DNA of 64,000 nt, taken from Podarcis pityusensis (lineage: Eukaryota). The position numbers and the translations under genes were made by a program. Positions within the stretch are counted from its first letter, which is position 1, and each line of letters begins with the position of its first letter. Below, one piece after another: positions 41,121-52,976 of the stretch. The notes beneath the pieces are model-generated. The model was not told where the DNA came from, searched no databases, and was given only the letters and a program-made list of their open reading frames with translations. The stretch lies in the NCBI GenBank assembly GCA_964106645.2, contig OZ067043.1. One strand, written 5' to 3'.

Positions 41121-41365
41121 CTTTACCCCATTGTTTGTTGTTTTATGGACAACTTTCCCCATACTTTTGACATTGCTAAAGAGCCAAATCAAGGAAAAGG
41201 AAAAGGGCCTGTAGAGATAACACTCTGAATCTTGCAAGGTGGACTGTTGTAATAAAATATCTTAGCTAGGATCCAAACCAAAGCATCACCGTGTGCACAG
41301 AAGTAGTTCTGTGTACACACGAAGGTGCTTCAGGTATTCTGTTTTGTCAATTCCAGGGCATTCCC

Positions 41366-41590
41366 ATTACTATTTATATGCTACCCATCTGACTGGGTTG
41401 CCCCAGCCACCCTGGGCGGCTTCCAACAAAATATTTAAACACAAAAAAACCTCAAATATTAAACATCTCCTTGTACAGTGCTGCCTTCAGATGTCTTCTA
41501 AAAGTCAGATAGATGTTTATTTCCTTTACATCTGATGGGAGGGCATTCCACAGGGCGGGCGCAACTACTGAGAAATAATCTCTGCCTCGT
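41366..41590 (-). mobile_element. L2-type LINE 3' end
   Basis: Homologous to 7195-7410. Confidence 0.75.
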
Positions 41591-41802
41591 TATGTGTCTT
41601 TGAGAAAGAAGATTGAATCACCCATGGAACAAGAAGTCCTTTACCAGCATCTCATTTCAACAAGGCACTGATGAACAATATACCAGAACTTCCCTTGCAC
41701 TCCTTTGAGATGGGTGTGGGTTGGCCTGAGAGCTGGCATCATCATCTGGCATCTGTAGGAAGCTACCAGGGCCTCAACACCCTGGCGAGGCTCACATAAA
41801 AA

Positions 41803-42200
41803 ATTATTCTTTTATTAATTAACTAAAATTATATCCCCTTCCTCCCAAAGGAGCCAAGGGTGGAAAACACATAAGCGATTAAACAATTAGAACATCCGAA
41901 AACATCTTGAAAAAAATTCTAACACAGATGCAAACTGGGAAAGATCTCTACTTAAAAATCTTGCTGGCAGAGGAAGTTCTTCAGGAGACACAAAAAATGC
42001 AACAGTACCTACCTAATATTGATGGGGAGGGGGGATTCCAGAGGGCAGGTGCCATGACACTAAAGGTGTGATTCCTATGTTGCGTGGAAAGGGAATTCCT
42101 GATAATATGGTATCTGCTGCAGAAGGCAGCAGGATCTCCTGCGGGGGGCAATGGTCAATTGGATACATGATTGGGTGAGATGCCCTTTTCAGCCCTGGGC
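41803..42200 (-). mobile_element. L2-type LINE 3' end (different subfamily)
   Basis: AT-rich tail, CCTTCCTCCCAAAGGAGCCAAGGGTGG, GGATTCCAGAGGGCAGGTGCCATGACACTAAAGG. Confidence 0.6.
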
Positions 42201-43919
42201 CAACTTTCCCCCCGCCCTGGTCCTGTGCTTTAACAGCAGCTCCATCTAGTTGCCATTTTAATTTCCTACAATGCTTCCTGGCATCACAGGGACATTGTGG
42301 GCAGTTTACATGGCAGACCCCAGCCAGTGCTGCTGCTTGGAGCAGTGCCAGAGGCCTGAAACATGGAGTTGCACAAACCAGAGTGCTCTGAGATTTGTAT
42401 GCACAAGTACACGGAACAGTCACAAAGAGCAATGAGTCCTCCCCTTAATTTTTTTTTTTTTAAATCCTCCTTTTCTCCTTTTAAATACTCTGACTTTTTC
42501 CTTTCCATTTCATTTCTCACGGTTTGTCAGGGAGGTTATGACACTTCAGCAGGTATTCTGTGAGAAATGGTCTGGGCCATTTATACTTTTCACAGTGGCT
42601 CCTTCCCCATTCCTCAAGCTAGATAAGGAAACAAAAGAGCTATTGTTGCTTCCAATCACAAGCCAATGGAGGGGTGGGTGGGACACATACAGGTTTATAG
42701 ACATTTGTTTTCGTTTTTGAAAAAGAAAATCTCATATCCCCTGTATACTGTTGTTGTTAGATTAAGAGGAAAGGTAACAGGAATAATGGAGAGAATGTTT
42801 GCAGGAAAAACAACAACATTTTGCAGCACTCAGTGTTACAAATATTGGTGATTTTTAAGTTTAAGTTGCTATTTTTCAGATGCTAACTGAAACGGAGTCA
42901 TCATGAAACTATCACCATTCAGATACAATTAAAAAAATCTTTGCTAGATGTCACTATCGATTCAGTTCATAGGCGTATGGATTTTAATGACTGTGTGTAG
43001 AATTTCATGTTTTCCTGGAAGCAACAGCATTTCTATGTGATGACGTTTCAGTAAAAAGGATTTAATATCTTTTGGGGGATAAAAGGCGTCTTTTCAGAAT
43101 GTATCATTGGTGCATACTGCCATTTGTGCATTATTTTTCAGTATCTTTACTCAGAGCTGCCTTTTGCTTTGTGCATCCTGCCCCTGCAAAGTGCTTAATA
43201 CCTTTCCCAATATAACATCCAGGTTCTGCAACTGCTTGCCTAGGGAAGCCCACCTTGCCCCTTCCCTGATGGCTTTTGGATGTAGTATGGGCCACAGCTA
43301 GGACCACAGCATGCAATGAAAGGAATTAGAGCTGTCTAATCGAGTTTGTGCAGCACATATGGAATGAAGGTATGGAAGAGAGCATTGGTACAGAAAGCCC
43401 AAAGGGAGCTCCCATGGTAGGTTCTCAGTTCTCAGTTTTTCCTGGCAACAAGAGATGGTATGAATCATGTGTTAGTTGTTTTGTATTCCCAACAATACTA
43501 GTGCTTGATCAGATAGCGAGAAGTTGCCTCCTTATGCTCTGAGAAATAATAGCAGTTCAAGGACTAGGAGAAGGATTGGTTCATATAATCTGACAATCCT
43601 GCATGCGGCTACTTCGGTGAAAGAATTCATGGGTTTCAGGAACAAGGAAGGAAGGAAGGAAGGAAGGAAAAAGAAGCAGTTCCATGTTGTGGATTTTAGA
43701 ATGAGCTTCCCTCCCACTAATACATGTAGTGATGTTTGAAATGAGTCATCAATTGCTGAGTAGAAAACACATACACTTGGCTCATTGTAGGTCATATTGG
43801 GAAAATAATCTAAATGTGTACTGCTTAGAGCAACAGATGCACAAGTGGCAAAACTGCAAGATACAAAGAGCAGGTGGCACCAATTCACAGGCTCAGAGCC
43901 AAACTTGACTAGAAATCAG

Positions 43920-44222
43920 TTGCAAGTGTGGGAGCCCTGATCCGGACTGGGACCCTGGCGGCAGTGACAGTGGGGAGAGGTAGAGAGGGGTTAACCTTTT
44001 GCCCCCTGCAGTCCTGATCTAGAATGTGGGGAGGGCTGTGCTTGCCGTTTTGAGTTGTACATTTTGAGTTCCTATTGCAGTCAAATGGAAGTTTTCTCCT
44101 CCATGGGAATTGCACTTGTGGGGTCCTCTGTACAGACTGGGACTGTTGTGGGAGAGTGGGGCCAAAGGGTTAAAACTACCTGCCTCCCACACCAGAGTCT
44201 TGATCAGGTTAGGTCCCTTGCA
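43920..44222. repeat. Decayed palindromic interspersed repeat (probable MITE)
   Basis: Inverted arms GGGGTTAACCTTTGCCCC / GGGGCCAAAGGGTTAA and CCTGATC / GATCAGG. Confidence 0.5.
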
Positions 44223-45084
44223 AATGGATGATGATGATGATGATGTTGATTACTATTAAGCCAGTCACATTGCCAATTATGTGACTGGTAAATTAATCCA
44301 GTTGGATTAATAATCTGTATCTTGAAAAAAGAGTACTCTGTCATGCTGTATTTTCTGACTGTAATAAACATCAGCATTTATTCCTCAACAGCTAAAGTAC
44401 AAAAAGATGTCTTTTGGAAACTGATAATAACCAGGTATATATTTTAACATACTTTCATTGCATTGCCTCTGGGTAAAGTTCTGTTCACTGTTCCCATTAA
44501 CCTTTCTAGAGTATTTAACTTGGGTTTCAGTTATAACGTCAACACCCTTTGCTTAAACTGATTCATGGCATAAGAAGCGTTATTTTGTTCACAAGAGAGT
44601 GCAGTACATTGAAAGCAGAAGTGTTCATCAGTGTTGCCCTCTTGACTGGTGTTAGTCCAATTTCATTTTAAAAGGAACCTGTGCTGCCTGGGTTGATGTT
44701 AAACAGACATTTGCTAGAGTGTTGGGCCGCGAAAACTTGTGTCAAGTCTGCAATGAAAATGATCATCTAGTGCTTACGGGCCATCTGTATCCTCCTATGT
44801 TTGGAGGTTTCTTTGGGAATCAGAGCTGCCATTAGGCTGTTGTTAGAATTTTGAGAATGCCCATTTTGTGCTCTTTTAAAGGACACTTGCTACTCTTCAT
44901 TGTTGCAGGTGCAAATTTGAATTTTGTGGCAAATGGGCCAAATGATGAGATCCTCAAATAGTGGGGGTGCATATTCTAAAGTATCCAAGAGCTTGGGACA
45001 TTTGCATAATATGAATGCTTCCAGTTAATGACAAGCTTCAAGAATGTTTCCAAAAGGAAGCATTCTCAGCAGTGTGTTGATGTG

Positions 45085-45850
45085 TGGGACAATTGGTTAG
45101 TGGGAAAGCACACACAATGCATGCGAGAGGTCCGTGGTTCAATCCCTATAGACAAGTGGTGGTGAACCTTTTAGAGATAGAGTGCCCAAACTGCAACCCA
45201 AAACCTACTTATTTCTCTCAAAGTGCCAACACAAAGTTGTTCAGCTTTTTTTTTTTTTTTTGGTGGGGAAGGGGGTTGCACACTGTTGTTGAACTTTCAT
45301 TGAGGGGAATGCCGAGAGTTGTGGGGCTTTTTTGGGGGGGGGTTGCCATGAGTTGGCTTTTGGGGGGGGATGTCCAGGTTTGTTCAGCTTTTGGGGGGGG
45401 GGGAATGCCGAGAGGCAGCCACCAAACTAAACCAGAGGGAGCCAATCGACAACAGGCAATAATCTCCCGCCCAATCGCCACAGACAATCTCTGGCTCGCA
45501 CAAGCAAAAAACAACCCGTTTCCGGCTTGCAGCGGCATGGGGGTCCGAGGAACTCTAGTGAGAATTTCCTGCCCACAGTGGCCTGGGGGGGGGGGGGAAA
45601 CGGCTGCCCACTTCATCAACCCCCAGCAACGGCACGGATTGACCAATGGTGCATGTGCCCACAGAGAGGGCTCTGAGTGCCCATTCTGGCACGTGTGCCA
45701 TAGGTTCGCCACCACTGCTATAGACTGTGTCCAAGAAGGGCAAATACTTCTGCCTGAAATCTTGGTGAGCCACAGTCAATCAGTGTAGTTAATCCTGGAC
45801 AGGATGGAACCATGCCCTGAGTTCATATATAAAGCAACTTCCCATGATTC
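45085..45850 (+). mobile_element. tRNA-derived SINE interrupted by a hAT MITE
   Basis: Head up to GGTTCAATCCC (45136-45146); body resumes after 45725 with TGCCTGAAATCTTGGTGAGCC...GCAACTTCCCATG. Confidence 0.75.
45154..45717. mobile_element. hAT-type MITE inserted into a tRNA-derived SINE
   Basis: TIR AAGTGGTGGTGAACCT / AGGTTCGCCACCACTG; perfect 8-bp TSD ctatagac (45146-45153, 45718-45725); G-run-rich interior. Confidence 0.9.
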
Positions 45851-45895
45851 ATACACAGGCATGAATTAATGCAGCTGCTTTCCTGGTTTACTTCT

Positions 45896-45897
<2 letters not shown>

Positions 45898-45929
<32 letters not shown>
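45898..45929. repeat. (GC)n(AC)n microsatellite
   Basis: Direct reading. Confidence 0.93.
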
Positions 45930-45930
<1 letters not shown>

Positions 45931-46207
45931 TCTGAACATCTGCAACAAGACCATATTACCCCTTTCCCTAGCTAAGGTATGTTGGTTGGTTGCTTTCAAA
46001 TAGATCTGAGATGAAGGTGGGGACTGGAGAAATGTCTGCTGATGTGACAAAGGCACTGATGCCACCCTAAAGATTAACATGTCTGAAGATGCAGTTGCAT
46101 GTTAGACAAGGATCAAGGCACTGAAGTTTAAAACTCGGGAGTCAATTATTTACATATTTACCTGGAAGAGAGGTCCCACTGAATGTGGAATGGGGCTTAC
46201 TTCCGAG

Positions 46208-46616
46208 TAGGGATGGGGAGAAATTCAATTCAGTTCACATATAACAGCAAATGTATCACATCCACACTTTTTGAAACAGTATGAGAACCAAAACACAGCC
46301 ATCCTTTAAAATTCACACTTCTCCAAATTTTGTGACGTACCGGTAGTTCCCCAAACAATGTTTACAAAGAAAATATTAATGGAAATAACATACACAAGTG
46401 CACTGTTTTAAAATAATTGCTTGCAAAAGTGAGTTCATTAGTCAAAACTGTGTACATAAATGTGTTTATTCAGAGAAATTCAAAGCAAAATACTGATCAA
46501 TTCTAATGAACCCCCCCCCCCCACCTCAATCGTAAATTGCTGTAGAAATGCGAAGAATTGAATTTGGAGAAAGGAGAAATTGAGAGAGGAGAAACTGACA
46601 GATCTTTCCATTCCTA
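46208..46616 (+). mobile_element. hAT-type MITE (TAGGGATGG TIR family), nested in a palindromic MITE
   Basis: TAGGGATGG ... CCATTCCTA; TSD cttccgag / cttctgaa; homologous to 52463-52909 and 8593-8959. Confidence 0.85.
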
Positions 46617-47699
46617 CTTCTGAATGGGATTCATAGGGTTATTCAAGTTTCTTTTATCCAAAATGACCCAGGGGGTGATACTGTAACATGCAGTTATACA
46701 TATGAATGCCATGATGAGACTCTACACCCACCAGCCCAGTTAATCAGGTAGGGAATATAAACACAGCAAACATAAAAGGATTTCTACTGTAAAAGGTATA
46801 AAAGCTCTAGGCCTGTCTCCCTGAAAAGCATGTAGCAGATCACCTCTAATAAAAGCAACTTCCTTTTCAAGCATATACCCTACATCCACGTAATATAAAT
46901 ATATACTCAGATAAAAGATAGTATTTTAGTGCCACAACTCTTCCTTGGAGCAAAGTCAATGTTCACACATTCAGCTTGAGGGGGACAGTTTTGTAGAGTC
47001 ACAAACAACACAGGCCCTTCAAACTCTTCTGAGTGAAAATCAAATCTTACCATCCTTTTATTGAAGTGTCTGTTTGCTTTTTCCTTTCTTTTCTTGAAAT
47101 GTGTGTCGTAGCAAAGGTAACTTGCAAAGGTAGCAAGATGAACATACACATGCTGTTATAGTGCTTTAAACATCTAGCTGTTTTTTTAAAAGTTTCTTTT
47201 AAACTTAGGAGCAAAAAATAGTTGCAGGGATAGTAAGGAAATGCTGGCTGTGGCATGGGGGTGAATTGAAGCAACAATACTTCAATGTTCTGGCTTAAAC
47301 TAAGAACGCAGTAACGTGTGTGCTTAACTTCAAAGTTTGTTGCATTGAGGTCAATGGTTTGTTTGAACAGTCTCCTGGTGATTGCTTTAAAGTGATTGCT
47401 TTAAGGGGAAAAAATAAGAATATGATGCTCCCAATTAAAAATGCCTACTCTTCAAATAATATATAAAAGCATTGTCCTTGGTCAAAGTGTGTGCACACAC
47501 AGTTTCAGTCATGTAATCAATAGCACTAATAATTGTTTCCGGAGGAGAGATAAATTGTGGGGACTGAAACTACCCTTCCTGCTCTGTGCTCCTAAAATAG
47601 ATAGGGACCATGGTTGCCAATTGCCTAAACCGGGGCTACATGGACATGACCCAGGAACCACATGCACCAATGTAAGGCTGAGATGTGCTGCTGAGCTCA

Positions 47700-47800
47700 T
47701 GTTCTGCTTAGGGCTTCCTATGAGCATCTGGTTGGTCATTGTGGGAACAGAATGCTGGACTAGACTGGCCTTGGCCTATTCCATCAGGGCTCTTATTAAA
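47700..47800 (+). mobile_element. CR1-like LINE 3' end
   Basis: GCATCTGGTTGGTCATTGTGGGAACAGAATGCTGGACTAGA...CCATCAGGGCTCTT. Confidence 0.6.
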
Positions 47801-47874
47801 TTAGGAGATCTTATACTATTCCGCATCCAGCTAAGGTTATACACATAGAAACCTGCATCCACATATATTTTCTC

Positions 47875-48045
47875 ACTCACTGACAGATCATGCCTGCAGA
47901 ATGTCTCAGGTTTGATCTTTTGTATCTCTAGGTAGGGTTCAAAAAGATTGCTTCTGGAAACTCTGGAGTGCTGCAGCTAGTGAATATAGACAAGTAATGA
48001 GTTAGAGGGACCAGTGAGCTTACTATTAAGGCATCTTCTCATGAG
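47875..48045 (+). mobile_element. tRNA-derived SINE, decayed
   Basis: TGCAGAATGTCTCAGGTTTGATC...GAAACTCTGGAG...GGACCAGTG...AAGGCATCTTC. Confidence 0.6.
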
Positions 48046-48739
48046 TATTCCTCTAGTGCAGTTAGGTTTGTTGGAAAAGCCCCGCACCCCACTTTCCTGT
48101 GGTTCAGACATGTGTCTGCTTGATTAACTCTGTCAAAAGATGCTGCTTATGCAAATATCGCTGAAGAAATCTTCAGATGACTCTGTCAGCTCTGTTTAGT
48201 GGTGGCGGTTTGCGTGTGTGTATGTGTGTGTGTGTTTAAATTCTAAACTGTACATGGTTGACTTGCGAGCTTATTTTCCAGATCACCGAGAGAAATGAGA
48301 GACTTTTTTTTGACAGACACTGGCTAAAGCAGCTTAAAATCAGAGGCACTGGGTTTCTAAAGGAGTATCTCTCCGAGAGCTATTGACCACATTTTCCGCA
48401 GGTCATTGCTCAAGTGGTTGTTAGGCAGTGCGTTGGGACACAAAGTGTGCATAATGCTGCTTGCATTTTCTGTTGTGTATGTGGACCAGAAACGCCATTT
48501 TGGCACCCTTATGTAGTCATTTTGACAGACTACTTTATATTCTTCCAATTTAGCACATACCCCTACTATGTAAGCTAAAATATTTGGGTGTTGCTGTTTT
48601 TTGTTTTAAAAAAGTCACAGGTGCAAATGCAGGCACATATCACAGGGAGCTTCTGATTGGCTATGGCTCTCTGTAGTATATGCCCATGGGGGCAAATGTA
48701 AGAAGGGAAGCAGCCTTAATACTGAGGAATCCATAGGGG

Positions 48740-48932
48740 GGTGCCTTACACCAGACCGCTCTTCATTTACCTAGCCCAGTAAGGTCTACTTTGACAGGCA
48801 ACAGCTCCCCAGGGTTTCCAAGTGGAAAGCTTATACACCACCATACACAATCATTAGACCTGGAGATGCCAGGGACTGAACCAGGTATCTTTGCTATGTG
48901 GATCATGTGATCTACCACTGAGGCATGGCCCT
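48740..48932 (-). mobile_element. tRNA-derived SINE
   Basis: CCTGGAGATGCCAGGGACTGAACCAGG...CTACCACTGAGGCATGGCCC on plus. Confidence 0.7.
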
Positions 48933-49069
48933 AACCATAATTCAGGTTTGAATAGGTTTTGTTGACATGTGCAGCACATCACACTGCACATCACACTTTA
49001 GATGTGGGAAAGTTTAAAGTACAGTTTGTTTTTTAAGCAGTGTGCATGTTACAATTAAAATGTCTAATA

Positions 49070-49284
49070 CAGTGGTACCTCGGGTTACGAACTTAATTCG
49101 TTCCGGAGGTCCGTTCTTAACCCGAAACCGTGCTTAACCTGAGGCACGCTTTCGCTAATGGGGCCTCCCTCTGCTGCCACGCCGCCGCCATGCAATTTCC
49201 TGGGGCAAAGTTCTCAACCTGAGGTAATACTTCCAGGTTAGCGGAGTTTGTGACCCGAAGCGTTTGTAACCTGAGGTACCACTG
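49070..49284. mobile_element. Tc1/mariner (Tigger/pogo-like) MITE
   Basis: TIR CAGTGGTACCTCGGGTTAC / GTAACCTGAGGTACCACTG; TA target duplication on both sides. Confidence 0.92.
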
Positions 49285-49922
49285 TATGTCCAGAAAAACC
49301 TTTCTGAATCATGGCCTATGTCTGCAGAATGTTGCACCACTTTGGCACAGACACAGTGGACTCATGGTACTGTGATTATTTTAGCCTTTGATCAGCAGTC
49401 ACAAAAAATGAACCATACATAACATTAGCTACATCAATTGTTAATTCTAATTTGCTGTGAGGAAGCAAAGCTGTTATAGATTCCCTCTGCTCCTAAAGCT
49501 AACTCTTTTTTGTTGTTGTGAAAAAGTACATGTCAGAAGGTCAAAATTAACGAAGAAAAATGCAAATTCGGAGTTCCACTGGAGGAACAACCCAATGCTT
49601 TTAGCAATTTCGGATGAAATTAGAAAGGGGAAAACACCCAGTCCTACTTACATTTTACAGCCTAATGAAGCATGTTACCTCCTGTAGTTCCTCCCAACTT
49701 GAAATTGGAACTGTCTCATTAGCATGAAGTGCAAGAAGAACAGGCCAGTCAGTGAAGTCAGCTTTTCATGGTGGATTCCTGAAATGTCTTCCCCTTACAC
49801 CTTTGGTTTTAAGCAGATGATGGTTCACTAAGGTAAGTAACATCTGAAGAAAGCGACAAATGTTAAGTACATCTAGAAGACTTGGAAATTCCAGGCTAAA
49901 TTAAGCTTTGCTTAAAAACATA

Positions 49923-49926
<4 letters not shown>

Positions 49927-49957
<31 letters not shown>
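49927..49957. repeat. (TG)n microsatellite
   Basis: Direct reading. Confidence 0.97.
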
Positions 49958-49959
<2 letters not shown>

Positions 49960-50916
49960 ATGCATGCAAAAATGTCCAACTTTCCCCTCAAGATGGGAAA
50001 CATGGAGGAAATCAAAGTCTGTGGTATTACAGATCCCTAGGGCTTCTTCTAAGGCTTTTTTCAAAAGGTCAGTGGGAGCTCTATTATAAATGCAGTAGCT
50101 TGGAGAGCGAAATACGTTATTATTGTGCATTGTTAGAATAAAGATTATTCTGGTTCTTGTTAAATATCTTTTGGCATGTATTATACAAAATCGTCCTCTT
50201 GCACAGTCAAAGTTAAGCCCTTTTAACAAGCCCATTGTTTTCAATCAGTGAGATTTAAGTGTGTGCTTAATTCTACCATTGAAACAAATGAACTTTTAAA
50301 AGTACTTCGCTTTTAGTGGAATTGTGCCTATAGTTATTATGGGAAGAAATTAGCGAACATTCATATACAGAGCCAGTTTCTAGCCTGTCAGACCCAGTAC
50401 TACTTTCTGTGGCTGAAGGAAATGTAGAGGGTTTTCCAAAGGTGTACCGTTTGTTGATTGGGAAGAATCATTGCAAAACAGCAGACAAAGGGGGTATGAT
50501 TGCAGCGTTGTACTGCTGTTTCTGTTCATCAAATTAGTATATTGGCAGACAAGGAGAGTCTTCATCAGGTTGATCTTTTACTCTGATCTGCCACCTTGTG
50601 CTAAGGTGAGGTGTGAAGCAGGAATAATAAGGCAGAGAAAGTCATCCCAAAAATCATAGGTTCAAAGAATGTAGCTTCCGATAATGCCCTTGCTACGGAT
50701 GACAAATCTGACATTTGCAATGTATTTTAAAACCTCATTTATTGCAAGCCGTGTTCAGTTGGCATTATTCTCCAGCTTACGAAAGCCAAGGGCTGATAGA
50801 TATTTTCGCAGAGAGGAAGAAACCTGGCTGGATCTAGACACATCAGAGAAGCGTTTCAGTTTAAAGTGTTGTAAATTTAAACAGGGAAAATGGGTAGAGA
50901 AAAAACAGGACTCCAC

Positions 50917-50935
50917 ATCGCCCTCTGGTGGCACA
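50917..50935 (-). promoter_or_regulatory. CTCF-binding motif
   Basis: Minus strand TGCCACCAGAGGGCGAT matches the CTCF core CCASYAGRKGGCR; lies in non-repeat sequence. Confidence 0.65.
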
Positions 50936-51172
50936 ATGTTATATCGCATAAACAACACATATAAATCCGCTTCTTCCTTACCAGTCTAGCTGAGTCCCCA
51001 GATAAAGTAGTTACAGGGGAAGTTAGAACAGAATGGTTAGGGGAAAGGAAATGAAGTGATTCATGCTTAGTAATCAGTGCTTAGCACCAAAGAAATGAAT
51101 GGCTGGAAGGAAAACCCCACACCCCCAAACAGAAATTAGTTTTCAGAAGAACAGTTCTCATTCAAAATCTCA

Positions 51173-51175
<3 letters not shown>

Positions 51176-51219
<44 letters not shown>
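51176..51219. repeat. (AT)n microsatellite
   Basis: Direct reading. Confidence 0.97.
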
Positions 51220-51221
<2 letters not shown>

Positions 51222-51478
51222 TGCTCTGCTTGTTAACATTGTCTCAACTGGACTATTTTTAGGCCTGTCCAGGAGGCAGCATAAATTTCCCACTTTTCCT
51301 TCAAATATTTAAGAGAGGAGGAGGAAAGGGATTAAATTGTCAACAGGAACAAACCCAGTTAAAGTGCACTTAATGCTTTTATTCATGTGTAATAATGAAT
51401 AGACTTAAAATCAATCAAACTGAAAATGAAGTATTTTTCCCTCAGTGTAAACAAACTTGTATATGGACAAGCACAGGA

Positions 51479-51610
51479 GAGGGCTGTAGCTCAGTGATAG
51501 ATCTTGCGTTTTACATGCAGAACATTCCAGATTCAATCCTTGGCATCTCCAGGTAAGGCTGGAAACAGCCTCTGCCTGAAATCTTGGAGAGATACTGCTG
51601 GTCAGTGAGG
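51479..51610 (+). mobile_element. tRNA-derived SINE (5' part)
   Basis: GGGCTGTAGCTCAGTGATAGA (box A) ... GATTCAATCC (box B) followed by TGGCATCTCCAGGT...TGCCTGAAATCTTGGAGAG, shared with the other copies. Confidence 0.8.
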
Positions 51611-52430
51611 CAGGGAAAAAAGTAAAACAAAATCCAGGTTTGTTTGTTTTTTAATTGTATCATACCTCATGATCTCAATGAGGCATGCAAGGCAGTTCAA
51701 GTATTTATAGCTTTCCAAAATGTGCTGCATTTTACGCCCTTTACATCCAAAACTGGTATTTGTGCTGGCAAGATGCAGTAATCAAAATATGAAATACGTG
51801 GCTATTGCGTTTTCTTAGCCTAACAGTTCTGGGAGGTGCAAGGCAGCACATCCTTGTATTCTCCCTTACTGCTCTGTCTGTTAACAGTTTCAGAATCCAA
51901 AGATAAACTAGACCATGGGCTTGTGCTCACCCTGTAGGAGTCCTTCTGGGGGAAAAAATCTTTGAATGATTGATCCTAATGCTGTGTCACAAATGTCTTC
52001 AGTGCCTCCCTGTTTCAAAGTCTGTTGTCGTGCTGCATAAGGGAGAGCATTTCTTTGAGAAACACACATCCACATCACCATTGAATGTATATCACGAGCA
52101 GAGTGGATTTTCTGATCCTGGCCAAAGTGAAATAGCATCAAATGTCACTTACAGCACTTTGCCTTAACATAAAAAATGGGGGATTATGGAAGGGAAAGAC
52201 CCTTCCTAGGAGGACTGACTTCCTGGGAGGTCTCCACAAACACCTGGGTTAGGGTGACATTTCGTCAGTGGAAAGAGTGGCTTTCCTTAGGAGAGGAAAA
52301 CAAGAAATCGAGAAGACTGAAATGTTTGCAGATGCAAACGTTCTTCAGAAAACAAAGTATCTTTCACAGAACCTGGAAGGAACTAGTTGGTTGACCTTAA
52401 TGAGTGAAATGGAGTAGTTTTTCTATTTTA

Positions 52431-52976
52431 GGCTGTAATCTTAACACATACTTACCTGGGAGTATGGATGGAGGAGGAATTAGGTTCAGTTCACATTTAA
52501 ATTTAGAATATTTGCGCTTTCCAAGAAGTACGAGAACCAAAACACAGGCAATCTTCAAAACTTGTTCTTTTCCAAGTTTTGGGATGCAGTTCTCCAAACA
52601 GAGTTTACGAAAAAACAACAACCCTGCATCCATTAGGAGGAAATGTGTATACAAAATAATACATTTCTGAAATTACATACAAAAATCTAATATATTGTAT
52701 TAAGATAGGTTGCTTGTAAAAATGTGTACATTAATCAAAACTGCAGACAAAAATGTGCTTATTGGGATAAATTTACAGAAAAATGCTGAAAATTTTTCAT
52801 GAGGATTTGAAAAAACAAACAAATTGCTGCAGAAATGTGGAGAACAGGATTTAAGATTGGAAAAATGAGAATCTGAGAGAACTGAAATGGACAGACCCTT
52901 CCATCCCTACCTGGAAGTAAGTCCCACTGAACTCAACAGGGCTTCCTTCTGAGTAGGCACAGATAGATTTGTGCTG
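52431..52976. mobile_element. ~90-bp palindromic TTA-TSD MITE split by a hAT MITE
   Basis: TTA flanks at 52428-52430 and 52977-52979; the halves GGCTGTAATCTTAACACATACTTACCTGGGAG and TAAGTCCCACTGAACTCAACAGGGCTT...GATTTGTGCTG rejoin into the 29576-type unit. Confidence 0.8.
52463..52909 (+). mobile_element. hAT-type MITE (TAGGGATGG TIR family), nested in a palindromic MITE
   Basis: TATGGATGG ... CCATCCCTA; TSD cctgggag (52455-52462) / cctggaag (52910-52917). Confidence 0.85.

Noticed and set aside
45084-45788. 234-aa ORF (and the antisense 165-aa ORF)
   Set aside because: It spans a SINE plus a GC-rich MITE with homopolymer runs; no protein-like features.
51479-51552. tRNA gene
   Set aside because: Degenerate tRNA-like head continuing into a SINE body shared by several dispersed copies; no intact cloverleaf or Pol III terminator.
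52448-52459. U1 snRNA 5' end (ATACTTACCTGG)
   Set aside because: Only 12 nt match, and it is part of the palindromic MITE consensus; the rest of U1 is absent.
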